DNA from: a virus
Lineage: Duplodnaviria > Caudoviricetes
DNA: 55,017 nt
Reading direction: 5' to 3' (one strand)
Virus record (IMG/VR): IMGVR_UViG_3300031741_000002
Span: 1 to 55,017 of that record
The position numbers and the translations under genes are program-made. The notes below the pieces were generated by a model. That model was not told the DNA's origin. It saw nothing but the letters and a program-made list of their open reading frames with translations, and did not search any database. This document shows positions 26,273 through 36,759 of this stretch, piece after piece (position 1 is the stretch's first letter; every line of letters begins with the position of its first letter).

Positions 26273-29022
26273 TATACCACCGCCGTTTTGCTGTTCGCAA
26301 ATGTTATGACTCCGCCCACGTTGCCGATTGCGACTAGATAAGTTCCTGTATCTCCAGCACCTATAATTGCAATAGCATTTATTGTTACGGTTGTGGCGTT
26401 TGCGTTATCAATTTCGATAACTAGCCAATCACCCTCTCCGCTATTTGTCATTGTAAGTGAAGTAATTGGAGTTGCAACAACTGTCGCTATTTGCTGATAA
26501 TCGCCTCTGCTAAAATCAAGTGAAACTGCTCCGCTTTCTGAGCCCTCGTCATATTCAACAGAACTATGCTTGTGATATGCGGAAGCGTTTGTATTACTAT
26601 CTTTTGTCAATGCAGTAATTGCGACCGCTGAAAGTTCGGGGATTATCATTGAGTAGTTAGGATATGTGCTTGCGTAATAATCTGAAAGTGCTACCCAAGT
26701 TGAACCTGTGCTATTGTATAGTGTTCTGATCCGAGTATAGTAATTAACACCTGCTACTGCAGTTTGTAACGCAAATCTTATATGATTATTGTAGTACGCT
26801 TTAATCGCCCCACCTGCGGGCATTGCCACCCAATCCGTGCCGTCGAATAGCTGAATGTTTGCTTGAGAACTTGAAGTATTAAAACTTTCAACAAGCGTGT
26901 CGTAAGTTGCATCGCTGTATATCTGCAATTCAAAGTGTAAGGCTAGTTCTGAGTTGTTATTAGGGATATTTGCTTCGATGTACATTGCTTGAGAACCTGA
27001 GCCGCTTGCAGGGGTAATATCTAAATACCAAACATCAGAACCCTTGTATGTGAGTATACCTGTATCGTATTGAGCAGATAAAGCGTTGCTTCCTGCCGAA
27101 ACTCCGTTGACCGTAACGCCTGTTGCACCTGTGATAGTCGTAACACCTGCGGCAATCTGCTTGACTGCGATAACCGAACCGATAGAATAAGCCACGGAAG
27201 CGTGTAGAGGTACTGTCAGCACGTTTGTAGAAGCGTTTGACATTGTTACCATCTTGTCATCATCCGTTAAGACAAGCGTATAAGTCGTGCCTGTTTGGTC
27301 GTTGAAAACAATATCGCTAGAGCCAGCATTATCATCAACATACTTTTTAATAGACTGCTGGCTGGCTAGTTTGGTGGGACTATCGCTTGCCATATCATCT
27401 TCATCTAAAAAAGCATCACCTGTAATGGTACCGTTGAATGCAGGGCTTGTTAAGGTTTTGTTAGTCAATGTATCTGTAGTTGCTTTACCAACCAAAGTAT
27501 CATTAGAAGAGGGCAATGTTAAGGTATATGATGTCGCTCCAGATACAACAGAGGCGAAATAAGTTACTCCAGTCGAAGTTCCTTTAACTGCTAATTTAGA
27601 TGTATCATAAGTTTTTAATCCTGTTACACTCTGAACATCTGCAAGGACCATATCCCCACTACCAGCAACCGTATCATATAATAATTTTGCAGATGGGTAT
27701 TCAGTATCAGTTGAAGCGCTTGAGATAGATGTTACCTTATTGGCCACATCTTCTGCCGTGAAGCCTAGATCATCTTGTTTATTATTAAAAGTATTCCAAT
27801 CAGCAGAAGTAAGATAACCTGATTGTCCAGTTGCGGCGGTTTTTACCAATATTGTAACATTACCAAGAACCCCATTCGTTCCTCCCGTAATTGTCAATAC
27901 ACTTGATGTTGATTCGGTTAAATTTCCACTTGCTAAATATGCAGCAGTTCCCAAAGTTCCGCCTGTTCCGATATTCAAAGTTGATGTATCGGTACCGGTG
28001 AGTGTCAAAGTATTTGAAGCAGTAAATGTTTTTCCATCAGCAACGGTTAAAACCGCAGATGTAGCCGGAGCTGTAATTGTCAATTTATTAATACTTGTAG
28101 CGGTTGCAACTCCTAATATCGGAGTAACCAATGTTGGAGAAGTAGAAAATACTAAATTTGTCGAACTTGTGCCAGTTGTTCCGGTCGCATTCGTTAAATA
28201 ATTTAATTGCGTTCCAGTAGTCGTTACTGAAATCGCGCCTAAAGTAAAAGGAGTTGCCAATGTTACGGTTCCGGTAAATGTAGGACTCGTAAACATGGTT
28301 GCTTTTGATTCATTCGTAACATTACCTAAATTAACTTCGGTTGCAGTAACCACATGAGGATTGCCGGTAACGAGCAAAGTATGGTCGTAAGCAATCTTAC
28401 CACGATCTCCACGATAAGCAGTTACGGATGTTTCACCTAAAGCGAGATTGCTCTTAGCGTTGAATGTATTCCAGTCAGTTGATGTTAAGTATCCAGATTG
28501 TGCGGTTGCGGCGGTCTTGACTTGTAAAGTTACATCGCCAAATGTAGCAAGCCCTCCACCAACTATTGTTAAAATATTAGAGGTATCTTCTGTTAAATTT
28601 CCCAAACTATCATCATAAAGAGGAGTTCCGCCATAACTAGAATCATCAACTGCCGGAATATTCTTAATAGGAATAAGCGTATTTAAAAGTATATTTGCAT
28701 TATCATTATCCTGAATCAATATATTAAAGTTGTCCGAGTAGCTATCACTTTTACCTGCAAAAATAGCGATTAATTCAGATGAATTTAAATTCATAGGGAA
28801 AATAGCATTTCCACCAGAAAATATAACCGCAGCGGTTGCAACGGTATTGCCCTCGTAATCTATCGACATAAGGGTATTAGCTGAAATAATACTATCAGTA
28901 AGTTCAAAAACAGCTAAATCAACATAATCTCGCTTATTCAACGGGTCAGGTTGCACAGTAAAAGCCTTGCTAGGTATATCAATATAAAGTGTTACATTTA
29001 AATTCCCCATGATCTCCCCCAT
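26272..29022 (-). CDS. Tail fibre protein
   Basis: Thr/Gly/Ser-rich; mosaic fibre motifs (GYLTSTDWNTFN twice, TSPTLVTP, TLTNKTLTSP, QTGTTYTLVL). Confidence 0.82.
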   Translation of the reverse strand: MGEIMGNLNVTLYIDIPSKAFTVQPDPLNKRDYVDLAVFELTDSIISANTLMSIDYEGNTVATAAVIFSGGNAIFPMNLNSSELIAIFAGKSDSYSDNFNILIQDNDNANILLNTLIPIKNIPAVDDSSYGGTPLYDDSLGNLTEDTSNILTIVGGGLATFGDVTLQVKTAATAQSGYLTSTDWNTFNAKSNLALGETSVTAYRGDRGKIAYDHTLLVTGNPHVVTATEVNLGNVTNESKATMFTSPTFTGTVTLATPFTLGAISVTTTGTQLNYLTNATGTTGTSSTNLVFSTSPTLVTPILGVATATSINKLTITAPATSAVLTVADGKTFTASNTLTLTGTDTSTLNIGTGGTLGTAAYLASGNLTESTSSVLTITGGTNGVLGNVTILVKTAATGQSGYLTSADWNTFNNKQDDLGFTAEDVANKVTSISSASTDTEYPSAKLLYDTVAGSGDMVLADVQSVTGLKTYDTSKLAVKGTSTGVTYFASVVSGATSYTLTLPSSNDTLVGKATTDTLTNKTLTSPAFNGTITGDAFLDEDDMASDSPTKLASQQSIKKYVDDNAGSSDIVFNDQTGTTYTLVLTDDDKMVTMSNASTNVLTVPLHASVAYSIGSVIAVKQIAAGVTTITGATGVTVNGVSAGSNALSAQYDTGILTYKGSDVWYLDITPASGSGSQAMYIEANIPNNNSELALHFELQIYSDATYDTLVESFNTSSSQANIQLFDGTDWVAMPAGGAIKAYYNNHIRFALQTAVAGVNYYTRIRTLYNSTGSTWVALSDYYASTYPNYSMIIPELSAVAITALTKDSNTNASAYHKHSSVEYDEGSESGAVSLDFSRGDYQQIATVVATPITSLTMTNSGEGDWLVIEIDNANATTVTINAIAIIGAGDTGTYLVAIGNVGGVITFANSKTAVV

Positions 29023-29609
29023 ATAGTCCTTGATGATTCAGTTTTTATTCTATTTTTAGAAGTCCGGGCTTGTCGGAAGTTTTCAACTTTCATATTTCCT
29101 GCCGCCCTTGTAAATTCACGATTGCAAAGATCATATTGTGTTAAATCAGTATATGGTTTCATTGGCTGTTTATACATATCAGCTTTTGCCGCCGCCAATA
29201 TCGCCTCAAACCAGCGGTCGAAGAAAGGATTGCTTAATTGTTCAGCATTAAGTTCTGGAATCATAGAAATAACAATCACCATGCCGTCAGTCTCACTTGA
29301 ACTAGGTGCATTTTGTAAAGTTATTGACAATCTATCATCGGCAACCGTATAATCATCTTCCTCAAGGTCATATTGTGAGCCGTTTATATTTACGGAAACA
29401 ACACGAAGCATTATCGCATCATAGGAATCGAGAGTAAAGGTATATGTCAATTCGTCTTTATCGCTATCCTGAGTATGAGTAGACCGCCAGCCGCCAGTTT
29501 CACGACACCATCGCCTTGCACCCAAACGAACCGATTGAACTATTACCGCTTTAACAGCTCCGGTCATGTATGGTTGAATAAGTGGATATAAATCATTTAA
29601 TAGTTCCAT
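28998..29609 (-). CDS. Head-tail adaptor / tail tubular protein A-like
   Basis: 203 aa; ARRWCRETGGW and AILAAAKADMYKQPMKPY; synteny. Confidence 0.65.
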   Translation of the reverse strand: MELLNDLYPLIQPYMTGAVKAVIVQSVRLGARRWCRETGGWRSTHTQDSDKDELTYTFTLDSYDAIMLRVVSVNINGSQYDLEEDDYTVADDRLSITLQNAPSSSETDGMVIVISMIPELNAEQLSNPFFDRWFEAILAAAKADMYKQPMKPYTDLTQYDLCNREFTRAAGNMKVENFRQARTSKNRIKTESSRTIWGRSWGI

Positions 29610-30556
29610 TACTTTCCGACCTCCTTATTGTATATTGATAAAAATAAAGTTGCCAGTTTTGCATCTTCCTTGACTGCCAGAACACCCTCATAGGCAGTAA
29701 AATTTATAATTGCGTTTTTAACTATAATAGGTAAATCAATAATTCCATCTACTACTACGGTTATTTCTGAATCCCTTAACAGTCCTGTGTCAGTCAAATA
29801 AGCATCGGGACGATCCCTAAATACCGCCTGAATTCCATTATTAATGCCATCTAAAAGAACAGTTTCAGGATAAAAATACAAAACAGTACCCAGGTTATCG
29901 TAAAATTCCTTTTCATAGCTCTGTGATAAAGCTGGATTATCTTTTGAATAAATATCACTTAACGCATAAAAATAAACTGCATCAGCGAAACTATCTCTTA
30001 TTGTTGATATAGCCAAAACGGTTCCGTCATAAGCATAATTAGCATCAATGCGTTTACTTTTTACGGTAGATATAGCCGCAGCGATACTTGTAGATATGTT
30101 TGTGTCGGTATAAAAATATAATGCAATCTCTAATTCGTTTTGGTATTGAGCATCATAAGATTGTGATAAAGATTTATTATTAGGAGTCAACCCTGCATCA
30201 TCATCATAAGCCCTAGCGAGAGCATAAAAATATAATGCAGTTGCGAACCCATCACGCACAGAGCCATCCGGAGAGATTGCATCTGCGCGCTTCTGTTTAA
30301 TATTGGCGATACCATCTTGGATATAAGTAGACAAAACTCCATCTGACCACCTATAAGTCGCGACAGTATCACTAAGGGCAATACGCACGTTAGACAACAC
30401 CGCACTAGCACTAACAGCCGTAAACGTAGACTGAAATTTCAACTTGATCCTTGTCAATATATCAGCAGAGACAAGAAGCACAAAAGTTGCAGAGCTAACA
30501 GGATTAGATCTGAGCTTTAGTTTTACGGTATTAATAACTGCGCTTGCATTAAACAT
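29609..30556 (-). CDS. Adaptor-like protein (DUF6682-like) with internal triplication
   Basis: RIALSD...RWSD...DG...RADA pattern, repeated three times. Confidence 0.6.
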   Translation of the reverse strand: MFNASAVINTVKLKLRSNPVSSATFVLLVSADILTRIKLKFQSTFTAVSASAVLSNVRIALSDTVATYRWSDGVLSTYIQDGIANIKQKRADAISPDGSVRDGFATALYFYALARAYDDDAGLTPNNKSLSQSYDAQYQNELEIALYFYTDTNISTSIAAAISTVKSKRIDANYAYDGTVLAISTIRDSFADAVYFYALSDIYSKDNPALSQSYEKEFYDNLGTVLYFYPETVLLDGINNGIQAVFRDRPDAYLTDTGLLRDSEITVVVDGIIDLPIIVKNAIINFTAYEGVLAVKEDAKLATLFLSIYNKEVGK

Positions 30557-30562
30557 TTTTAT

Positions 30563-31009
30563 TTATTCCTTATCTGGTTCGGAAAATTCAAGAGCAAGAA
30601 TAGCTATTACTAAATCAGGCTCTTTGCCTTTGTGAAACTTCTGCGGAGCACTATCAATCCCTGCTAATAATGCTGCTTCCATTAATGGTTTTCGGCCCAT
30701 GTGTATAAGTTCTTGTTCACGTTCAGTTTTTCTGCTACGACCGGACATAACCTTTGCTTCGAGTTCCATAACGTAAACACTAAGATTAGAAATTTCTCTA
30801 TCCTTTTGGATAATAGTCTGTTCAAGGGCTTCGATACTTTTATTCATATCGCCAGCCTCGATGCCACTGCCAATAGCAATGCCGTTTTTAGTACACACTA
30901 TAAATTTTGGATTTTTTGCTTCTATATCAGTATATGGAAATATACACTTGGTTACGCGATGTTGTAGAAATCTTTGATTGTCGTTGGTTTTTGCTTTTTT
31001 TGCATTCAT
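30563..31009 (-). CDS. Hypothetical protein downstream of MCP
   Basis: 148 aa, central coiled coil. Confidence 0.65.
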   Translation of the reverse strand: MNAKKAKTNDNQRFLQHRVTKCIFPYTDIEAKNPKFIVCTKNGIAIGSGIEAGDMNKSIEALEQTIIQKDREISNLSVYVMELEAKVMSGRSRKTEREQELIHMGRKPLMEAALLAGIDSAPQKFHKGKEPDLVIAILALEFSEPDKE

Positions 31010-31036
31010 AATAATTACCTTTGTTAATTTATGAGT

Positions 31037-31070
31037 AAAACTTACTCCGCGCTATCTAACACGGAGTAAG
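31037..31070 (-). terminator. Terminator after MCP
   Basis: CTTACTCCG...CGGAGTAAG stem followed by TTTT. Confidence 0.7.
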
Positions 31071-31084
31071 AACGGATTTAACTC

Positions 31085-31996
31085 TTATCCTCTAGTCCAA
31101 ACTGCGGCACCAAAAGATTCCGGTTGACAAACCAAGTACCCGTACACATGCAGTCCACGGTAATAATCCGTGAATTGATGCTCAGAGGTTACTTTTTCGC
31201 TGTTAATCAAAAGCTGCGTTGCGAATGTTAGGCTATCCTTGTGACCGAAAATAACATTTGTCTGTGTAGCATCATCACCACTCGCGAGAGTTGCAACTGT
31301 ACGCAGGTTATTACTTTTATAAATGCTAAATCCAGAAAAGTCACCAACTTTACCTTTACGCAAAGCACTTTTATCATCACCAGAAGTATTAGCGGCAAAC
31401 GCATCATTCGGAATCAGAATAGAATGAGCCCATGATGGAAGAATCAACCAGCGATCTTCTACAGGAACGTTCTGTTCATCAAGAACAAGTTGTAAGTCAG
31501 TAATACTTTGGACAATGTTCAGCGCCGTAATTGAAACCGGAGCTGCAGCAGTACCCAAATCAAGATTACCACTGATAAGACCGGCACCAGTACCGGAGTT
31601 AGCGGCAGGCGCATCAGAATAGATGTCTGCATAAACACCCTGTTCGATGGCAATTTTCATGTCTTTACCAGCCGATTCAGCAAACTTCGCTACGAATGGG
31701 ATGTCTGACTGTTTAACTTCTACGTATTCCGCAGGAAAGTTAAAATATTTAGCTTTGTCGATGTCCAGATCGATCAATGCTTTTGTTGGTTCATCAATTT
31801 CGAGATCTACACCAGGAGTATAGTCGCGAATAGTGATATGCGGGGTGATACGAACTTTGACAACGTTACCTTGTTCTTTTATTTCGCCCTCGTAATTGGT
31901 ATTAGCAATCATTGAGAGAGTTGTAGAAGCGTACAAAGCCGCGACCATCAGAGACGACCACACTTGTGGTATAAATGCTGTTGAATTTAAAGCCAT
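31085..31996 (-). CDS. Major capsid protein
   Basis: FIPQVWS, NTNYEGEI..QGNVVKV, VPVEDRW, RGLHVYG motifs; follows scaffold; followed by terminator. Confidence 0.9.
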   Translation of the reverse strand: MALNSTAFIPQVWSSLMVAALYASTTLSMIANTNYEGEIKEQGNVVKVRITPHITIRDYTPGVDLEIDEPTKALIDLDIDKAKYFNFPAEYVEVKQSDIPFVAKFAESAGKDMKIAIEQGVYADIYSDAPAANSGTGAGLISGNLDLGTAAAPVSITALNIVQSITDLQLVLDEQNVPVEDRWLILPSWAHSILIPNDAFAANTSGDDKSALRKGKVGDFSGFSIYKSNNLRTVATLASGDDATQTNVIFGHKDSLTFATQLLINSEKVTSEHQFTDYYRGLHVYGYLVCQPESFGAAVWTRG

Positions 31997-32028
31997 AATT
32001 GACCTCTTTCTATTGTATTAACCAGATT

Positions 32029-33138
32029 TTATTGGTTCATTAACTGGTTAAGATATTTGGTTTTTTCTTTCTCATACACTTCCTCGGTAATTTTACCTTT
32101 TTGAAGCTGCATAGAAAGTTTTTCGATGTAATCAACTGCGAATGGCTCGTCCTTAACTATAGGAGCACTAGGAGTATTAACACTGTGTGGAAAAACAGCT
32201 TTTGGCGCAGGAGTTGCCGTAATAATCGGAGCCTCTGCAGCAGGCTCAGGTTCAGGATTATCCATTGGGTGTTTTCCTTTCCAACGACCATCTTCAACCA
32301 TTTGCATCTGGACATCCCTTAATAGGTCTGCCGCCGCATTATTGTCATTTTTACTAATAGCCGAATCAAGAATTTCCTGCGGAGTAAAGCCACGATCTTC
32401 GTAATGTTGCATTGAAAAATCATATTGAGGTTGTTTTTTCATGGAAACAGAATCAATATAGCCATCAGAAACTAATAAGCTATCAAATGCCTGTAATCCA
32501 GTATTCACAACAACTTTTGCTTTAACTGCGAGTTGTTCACGAAGAGGACGGGTAGCATCATCAATAGTTGATTGAAGCAATCCTAAATCTTCTCCATCAA
32601 AACCCATATCCGCGAATTTCTGCTTAGTCTCATCAGTAAGGGTATAATCTTCGACAGGGATATTAACAGGAGGAGCATCAAGCTTCCCTTGTAGTATTTT
32701 ATTAGCATCCTTGTAAAAATCAATAACATCATCTTTCGACTTAGCTATTTTTATTAAACGAGGAATTTCCGCGTCGTATTTACCTTTCAATGACAAATAC
32801 ATTTGTTCATAATTAGATGGAGTTTCAGGAATTACTTCCTCAGCCGTTTCAACTACCGGTTTAACTTCCAACTTTTTATCAACAACTTCTTCCACTACTT
32901 CCGTCGGTTCTTTAACTTTAAGAGTATCGACAGTCTCGGCATTTTCAACAATCGCAGGAACAGGTTCAGGAATAACTTTAGGCGCAGGCTCTTTTTTACC
33001 AAAAGTCTCTGCATCTGATTTAACAGCATCCCTTAAATTGTTTTTTACTGCGTCTGGCAATCCATTATCGTCCAAAATAGAATCAATAATTTTCTTACCC
33101 TCTGCTTCTTTTGCCGCTGTTTTTTCTAATTCAGCCAT
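32029..33138 (-). CDS. Capsid scaffolding protein
   Basis: Acidic, low-complexity; YLSLKGKYDAEIPRL; directly upstream of MCP. Confidence 0.72.
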   Translation of the reverse strand: MAELEKTAAKEAEGKKIIDSILDDNGLPDAVKNNLRDAVKSDAETFGKKEPAPKVIPEPVPAIVENAETVDTLKVKEPTEVVEEVVDKKLEVKPVVETAEEVIPETPSNYEQMYLSLKGKYDAEIPRLIKIAKSKDDVIDFYKDANKILQGKLDAPPVNIPVEDYTLTDETKQKFADMGFDGEDLGLLQSTIDDATRPLREQLAVKAKVVVNTGLQAFDSLLVSDGYIDSVSMKKQPQYDFSMQHYEDRGFTPQEILDSAISKNDNNAAADLLRDVQMQMVEDGRWKGKHPMDNPEPEPAAEAPIITATPAPKAVFPHSVNTPSAPIVKDEPFAVDYIEKLSMQLQKGKITEEVYEKEKTKYLNQLMNQ

Positions 33139-33177
33139 CTTTTACTTCCTTGCCGGGTTCTTTCGAGTATCCAGCGT

Positions 33178-33519
33178 TTATTTTACCGGGCCGTTTTGGG
33201 TATCCGGTTGGTGTTTAAGTTTATTAATTATTTTCATATACCATTTTACTTTTACAACTTCTTTTACTACAGGAGCAATAGGTTCTACATAGTTATCTGC
33301 TCCATCTTTAGGATCATCATTAAAGAGTTTGTATGTTTCTCTTATAGCATGACAACGACCTTTATATACGTTTGTCGCATTGGTATCAATTTCATTTTCC
33401 ATAATTTTATGGTGCATATTCAATTCACGCTTGAGGACATCTTTCATAATGTCAGCAAATTTATGACCTTTTAAAAGTTTAAATGCTTCTCTTTCTTTAG
33501 CTGTTTCAAGTTTAAACAT
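33178..33519 (-). CDS. Small head-module protein
   Basis: Between portal and scaffold; YKGRC motif. Confidence 0.65.
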   Translation of the reverse strand: MFKLETAKEREAFKLLKGHKFADIMKDVLKRELNMHHKIMENEIDTNATNVYKGRCHAIRETYKLFNDDPKDGADNYVEPIAPVVKEVVKVKWYMKIINKLKHQPDTQNGPVK

Positions 33520-35680
33520 TATTCGGGTTCTCCTCTATTGCTTGTGGTGCTTGTTCTTGTTCAGGAGCCGGCGGAGCGTTCATTATACCCTGTCCGCCAC
33601 CATTAAGCATTTGGAACATCATCTTTAATTGATCCTCGTCTATAATTCCGCTATCAAATGACGTTTTCAATAGTTCAACATATCCACTTAAGGCTTCATT
33701 TTGCTGTGCTTGATTTTCCATTTCCTCAAGTTTAGTATCATTTGGAAGTAACTGTTCTGGCGCAATGTCATAATTTTTAACAACTTCGCGCATGAGCTTA
33801 ACTAATCCTTTAGGCTCGATCATTCCCATTAACACCTCGGAGCCTAAAATCATCGTCAATAATTCTTGCTGGCGCATCATGGTTTGTTCTTTTATTGACA
33901 TGCCTAATACACCGCGAGTAACTATTCGCATATCCCCTTTTGTTTCGTCAGGAATTTCAGGATCAGCTAAATTTCTATAATAAAGGTCCTCAAGAGGTTT
34001 TTGGATTATTCCACAATCAAAATTAGCAATAACTTTTTTAAATGTTTTGCTTTGTGCATTCATCAGCATTGATAATCCGGTTGCAGTACCGGCCGCGCCT
34101 GTTTGGGCTCCGGCAGCATCACCTTGAGAATAACGAGGAAGTCCAGAAAAATCATCTGCTTCCTTTAAAAACTTATCCATTACTGGTAATAATTGATTAA
34201 GATTTGCGCTTGGTTGATAAAATTCAACCGGAGATTTATTCCCTGCTACTCGATCAGAGCCATGATACAAAAATGATTTTAAAGGAAACAAGTCAAGCGG
34301 ATCTATGCTACTATCAAGAGCATCAACATCAATTATAGACAGTGGGCCGGAAGTCAATGCCATGTTTGTAATTAATGCTCGTCTAGCTGAATTTAGTCCA
34401 TTCTGAGCAGAACGTACTTTTCTGGGAAGAGATCCGCCCCATACAGAATCTAAATCGTTTTCATAAGAAGCGGTATAAAATTGTTTTCTATTTAACGCAT
34501 TGGTATTTAATTCAGCAAAGATAATATAATTTCCTATTAAAATTGCATGTATCGCATATTCAGCTAAATCAGTAAAATCTTCTGTCATGCCCCAATCTTT
34601 CAACATCTTTCCAGGAACGTTTCCCCAATACTCATAACCCTCTATAACGCCAGATGAAACAGTTCCGGTATATTCCATATCGGAATCATCATACCGACTT
34701 GCTTCGACATTATCGGTTACAGTAGCATCCTTTTCAACTAATCCAGCACCGCCAAATTCAGTTAAAGCTTCGTCAATCTTAGAAGAATTATATCCCGGAG
34801 TATCCCTTAATGAATATATTTCCGCGCGATTATAAGAAACTTTCATAAATAATGAATCGCGGTTTAAGTCTTTATTGTTCCTTGATGGATAAGCATGAAA
34901 TGGAGATACTCTTTCCCATTGGATTAAATCTTTATCTTCCTCTACAAGTTTACCACCACAAAATCTAGCAGTCCGTTCTTTCCTGACAGTTGCTCTCATA
35001 AAACAGGCTGGATATGTACAGAAATCTTTTGCTACACCCTCAACTACCTGCCAAAACCCACCCTCTTCAAGCTGATCGTCCATTTTCTTCTGCATTGCCT
35101 CTGCTCGCTTCTTAGCCTCGTCGTTTACCAAGGCGGCGTAATCATGGCGCATGTCATTACCGAGCTGATAAGCATCCGCAGCATGAAACTGTATACCCTC
35201 TGCTTCCCATCGTTGCATTTCCTCTATGGATAACTTTGTTATTTCAGCATAAATCTTTTCAGGTAGGTCAGGTTCCGATGTAGGTTCAATCATCCACGGT
35301 CTATCACCAGCTTGATAAACTATATCGAACAGCATAGCATGAGCAACATTTATCTTTGCTTCCGTTAATGGTTGATAATCAGTACACCCAATGCCAGTTT
35401 TAGAATAGTTATTTACGGTTACTTCATCATATTCGCTTCTTGCTTGGAGTTTACATCTTTCAATTTCTTGTTGAACTAATGCTTTCTCAAATTGGTAAGA
35501 ATTAACAGTATTTCGTATATGAGCAGCAAGCAGACTTAAGACTTGTTCAGATATTCCGGCAGGCTCGGCAACAATAGTGCTCGGTTTAGTCTCTTCCGAT
35601 GGACCAAACAAGTCCTGTACCTTTGAATTTGGATCTGGTGTAACCATGTTTTCCATATCGTCTTTCCTATAAAATTGCAT
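33512..35680 (-). CDS. Portal protein (likely start at 35648)
   Basis: PWMIEPT..P, RVSPF..YP, SVWGGS, NMALTSGP, GTATGLSMLM motifs. Confidence 0.9.
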   Translation of the reverse strand: MQFYRKDDMENMVTPDPNSKVQDLFGPSEETKPSTIVAEPAGISEQVLSLLAAHIRNTVNSYQFEKALVQQEIERCKLQARSEYDEVTVNNYSKTGIGCTDYQPLTEAKINVAHAMLFDIVYQAGDRPWMIEPTSEPDLPEKIYAEITKLSIEEMQRWEAEGIQFHAADAYQLGNDMRHDYAALVNDEAKKRAEAMQKKMDDQLEEGGFWQVVEGVAKDFCTYPACFMRATVRKERTARFCGGKLVEEDKDLIQWERVSPFHAYPSRNNKDLNRDSLFMKVSYNRAEIYSLRDTPGYNSSKIDEALTEFGGAGLVEKDATVTDNVEASRYDDSDMEYTGTVSSGVIEGYEYWGNVPGKMLKDWGMTEDFTDLAEYAIHAILIGNYIIFAELNTNALNRKQFYTASYENDLDSVWGGSLPRKVRSAQNGLNSARRALITNMALTSGPLSIIDVDALDSSIDPLDLFPLKSFLYHGSDRVAGNKSPVEFYQPSANLNQLLPVMDKFLKEADDFSGLPRYSQGDAAGAQTGAAGTATGLSMLMNAQSKTFKKVIANFDCGIIQKPLEDLYYRNLADPEIPDETKGDMRIVTRGVLGMSIKEQTMMRQQELLTMILGSEVLMGMIEPKGLVKLMREVVKNYDIAPEQLLPNDTKLEEMENQAQQNEALSGYVELLKTSFDSGIIDEDQLKMMFQMLNGGGQGIMNAPPAPEQEQAPQAIEENPNNV

Positions 35681-35787
35681 TCATTATACTACCTGCAAAG
35701 TAAAGCATAGTGAAAACATTATCAACTTAAAAGAACAACGTTTCACCTTAAACAATGTTAAATGTTTACTTTTTTATAGAAATTCTC

Positions 35788-35816
35788 TTGACAAATCCAA
35801 GTATAAGTATTATTCT
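35788..35816 (+). promoter_or_regulatory. Putative promoter of the accessory block
   Basis: TTGACA-17-TATTCT. Confidence 0.55.
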
Positions 35817-35859
35817 AAGACATAATAAGGTTAGATTAATTTTAAAATGGAGCCGAAAG

Positions 35860-36759
35860 GTGAACCCCAAGCGGAAAAGGATTTTATTTCTTGTAGACAA
35901 CAAGAATTGGTGTTGGACTACTCAAGCAAGAAGTATAGCAAAACATCTTCCAGAATACGATTTTTCAATAGTTCCACAAAAAGAATTTTCCACTCATTCC
36001 AAAACATTATTAGCTGTATGCGACCTCGTTTACATGCGTGGCTATCCTGATATTTTCCTAAAAAATGTAGGAATGATTAATAAACCTTTTATATGGACAC
36101 TATCTACCGGTGGAGCTAATCTTGATACGCGGATAGAACAATCTCGCAAATACAAAAAAGTTTCCTCTGCATGTGTTACCCAAAATCTAGTTGCCACAAA
36201 GGCAGCGAAGAAAGCAGGATTCAAAAATGTTACTCTTATTCCATGCGGTGTTGATACAGTTAAATTTTCACCATCTGATAAACATTACGAGTATGTTGTA
36301 GGATTTGCCGGGAATAGCAAAGGTAATCGCGGAGACTTAAAGGGTTCATTATTGGTTAAAGAAGCCTGTGAGCAATTAGGAATTCTATATCGCGAAGTAA
36401 ACCTTGATAATAAACTTACTCCTGACGAAATGCCGGACTTTTACAGATCATTGATGATATATGCTCAACCGTCAGAAGCGGAGGGCTGTTCAAATAGTGT
36501 TTTTGAAGCAATGGCATCAGGTATTCCATGTTTAATAGTAAAAGGTGTCGGTTATCATGGCGAAGCCTGTGAACACGCCAAGAATTGCATATTCGTTGAA
36601 CGCAACGTTGATAGCATAAAATATTTTATCCGCCAATTAATCGGATATAAGAAAACATACAGTAGAATATCAAAAGAATCACGCATATTTGCAGAAGTCC
36701 ACTCATGGGAATCAATTATAGGTAAATATAGGTCAATTATAAAAAAGGTTATTAAATGA
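35860..36759 (+). CDS. Glycosyltransferase, GT-B fold (GT4-like)
   Basis: IPCGVDT..F, VGFAG, KG, PSEAEGCSNSVFEAMASGIP (EX7E); GTG start inferred. Confidence 0.88.
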   Translation: MNPKRKRILFLVDNKNWCWTTQARSIAKHLPEYDFSIVPQKEFSTHSKTLLAVCDLVYMRGYPDIFLKNVGMINKPFIWTLSTGGANLDTRIEQSRKYKKVSSACVTQNLVATKAAKKAGFKNVTLIPCGVDTVKFSPSDKHYEYVVGFAGNSKGNRGDLKGSLLVKEACEQLGILYREVNLDNKLTPDEMPDFYRSLMIYAQPSEAEGCSNSVFEAMASGIPCLIVKGVGYHGEACEHAKNCIFVERNVDSIKYFIRQLIGYKKTYSRISKESRIFAEVHSWESIIGKYRSIIKKVIK

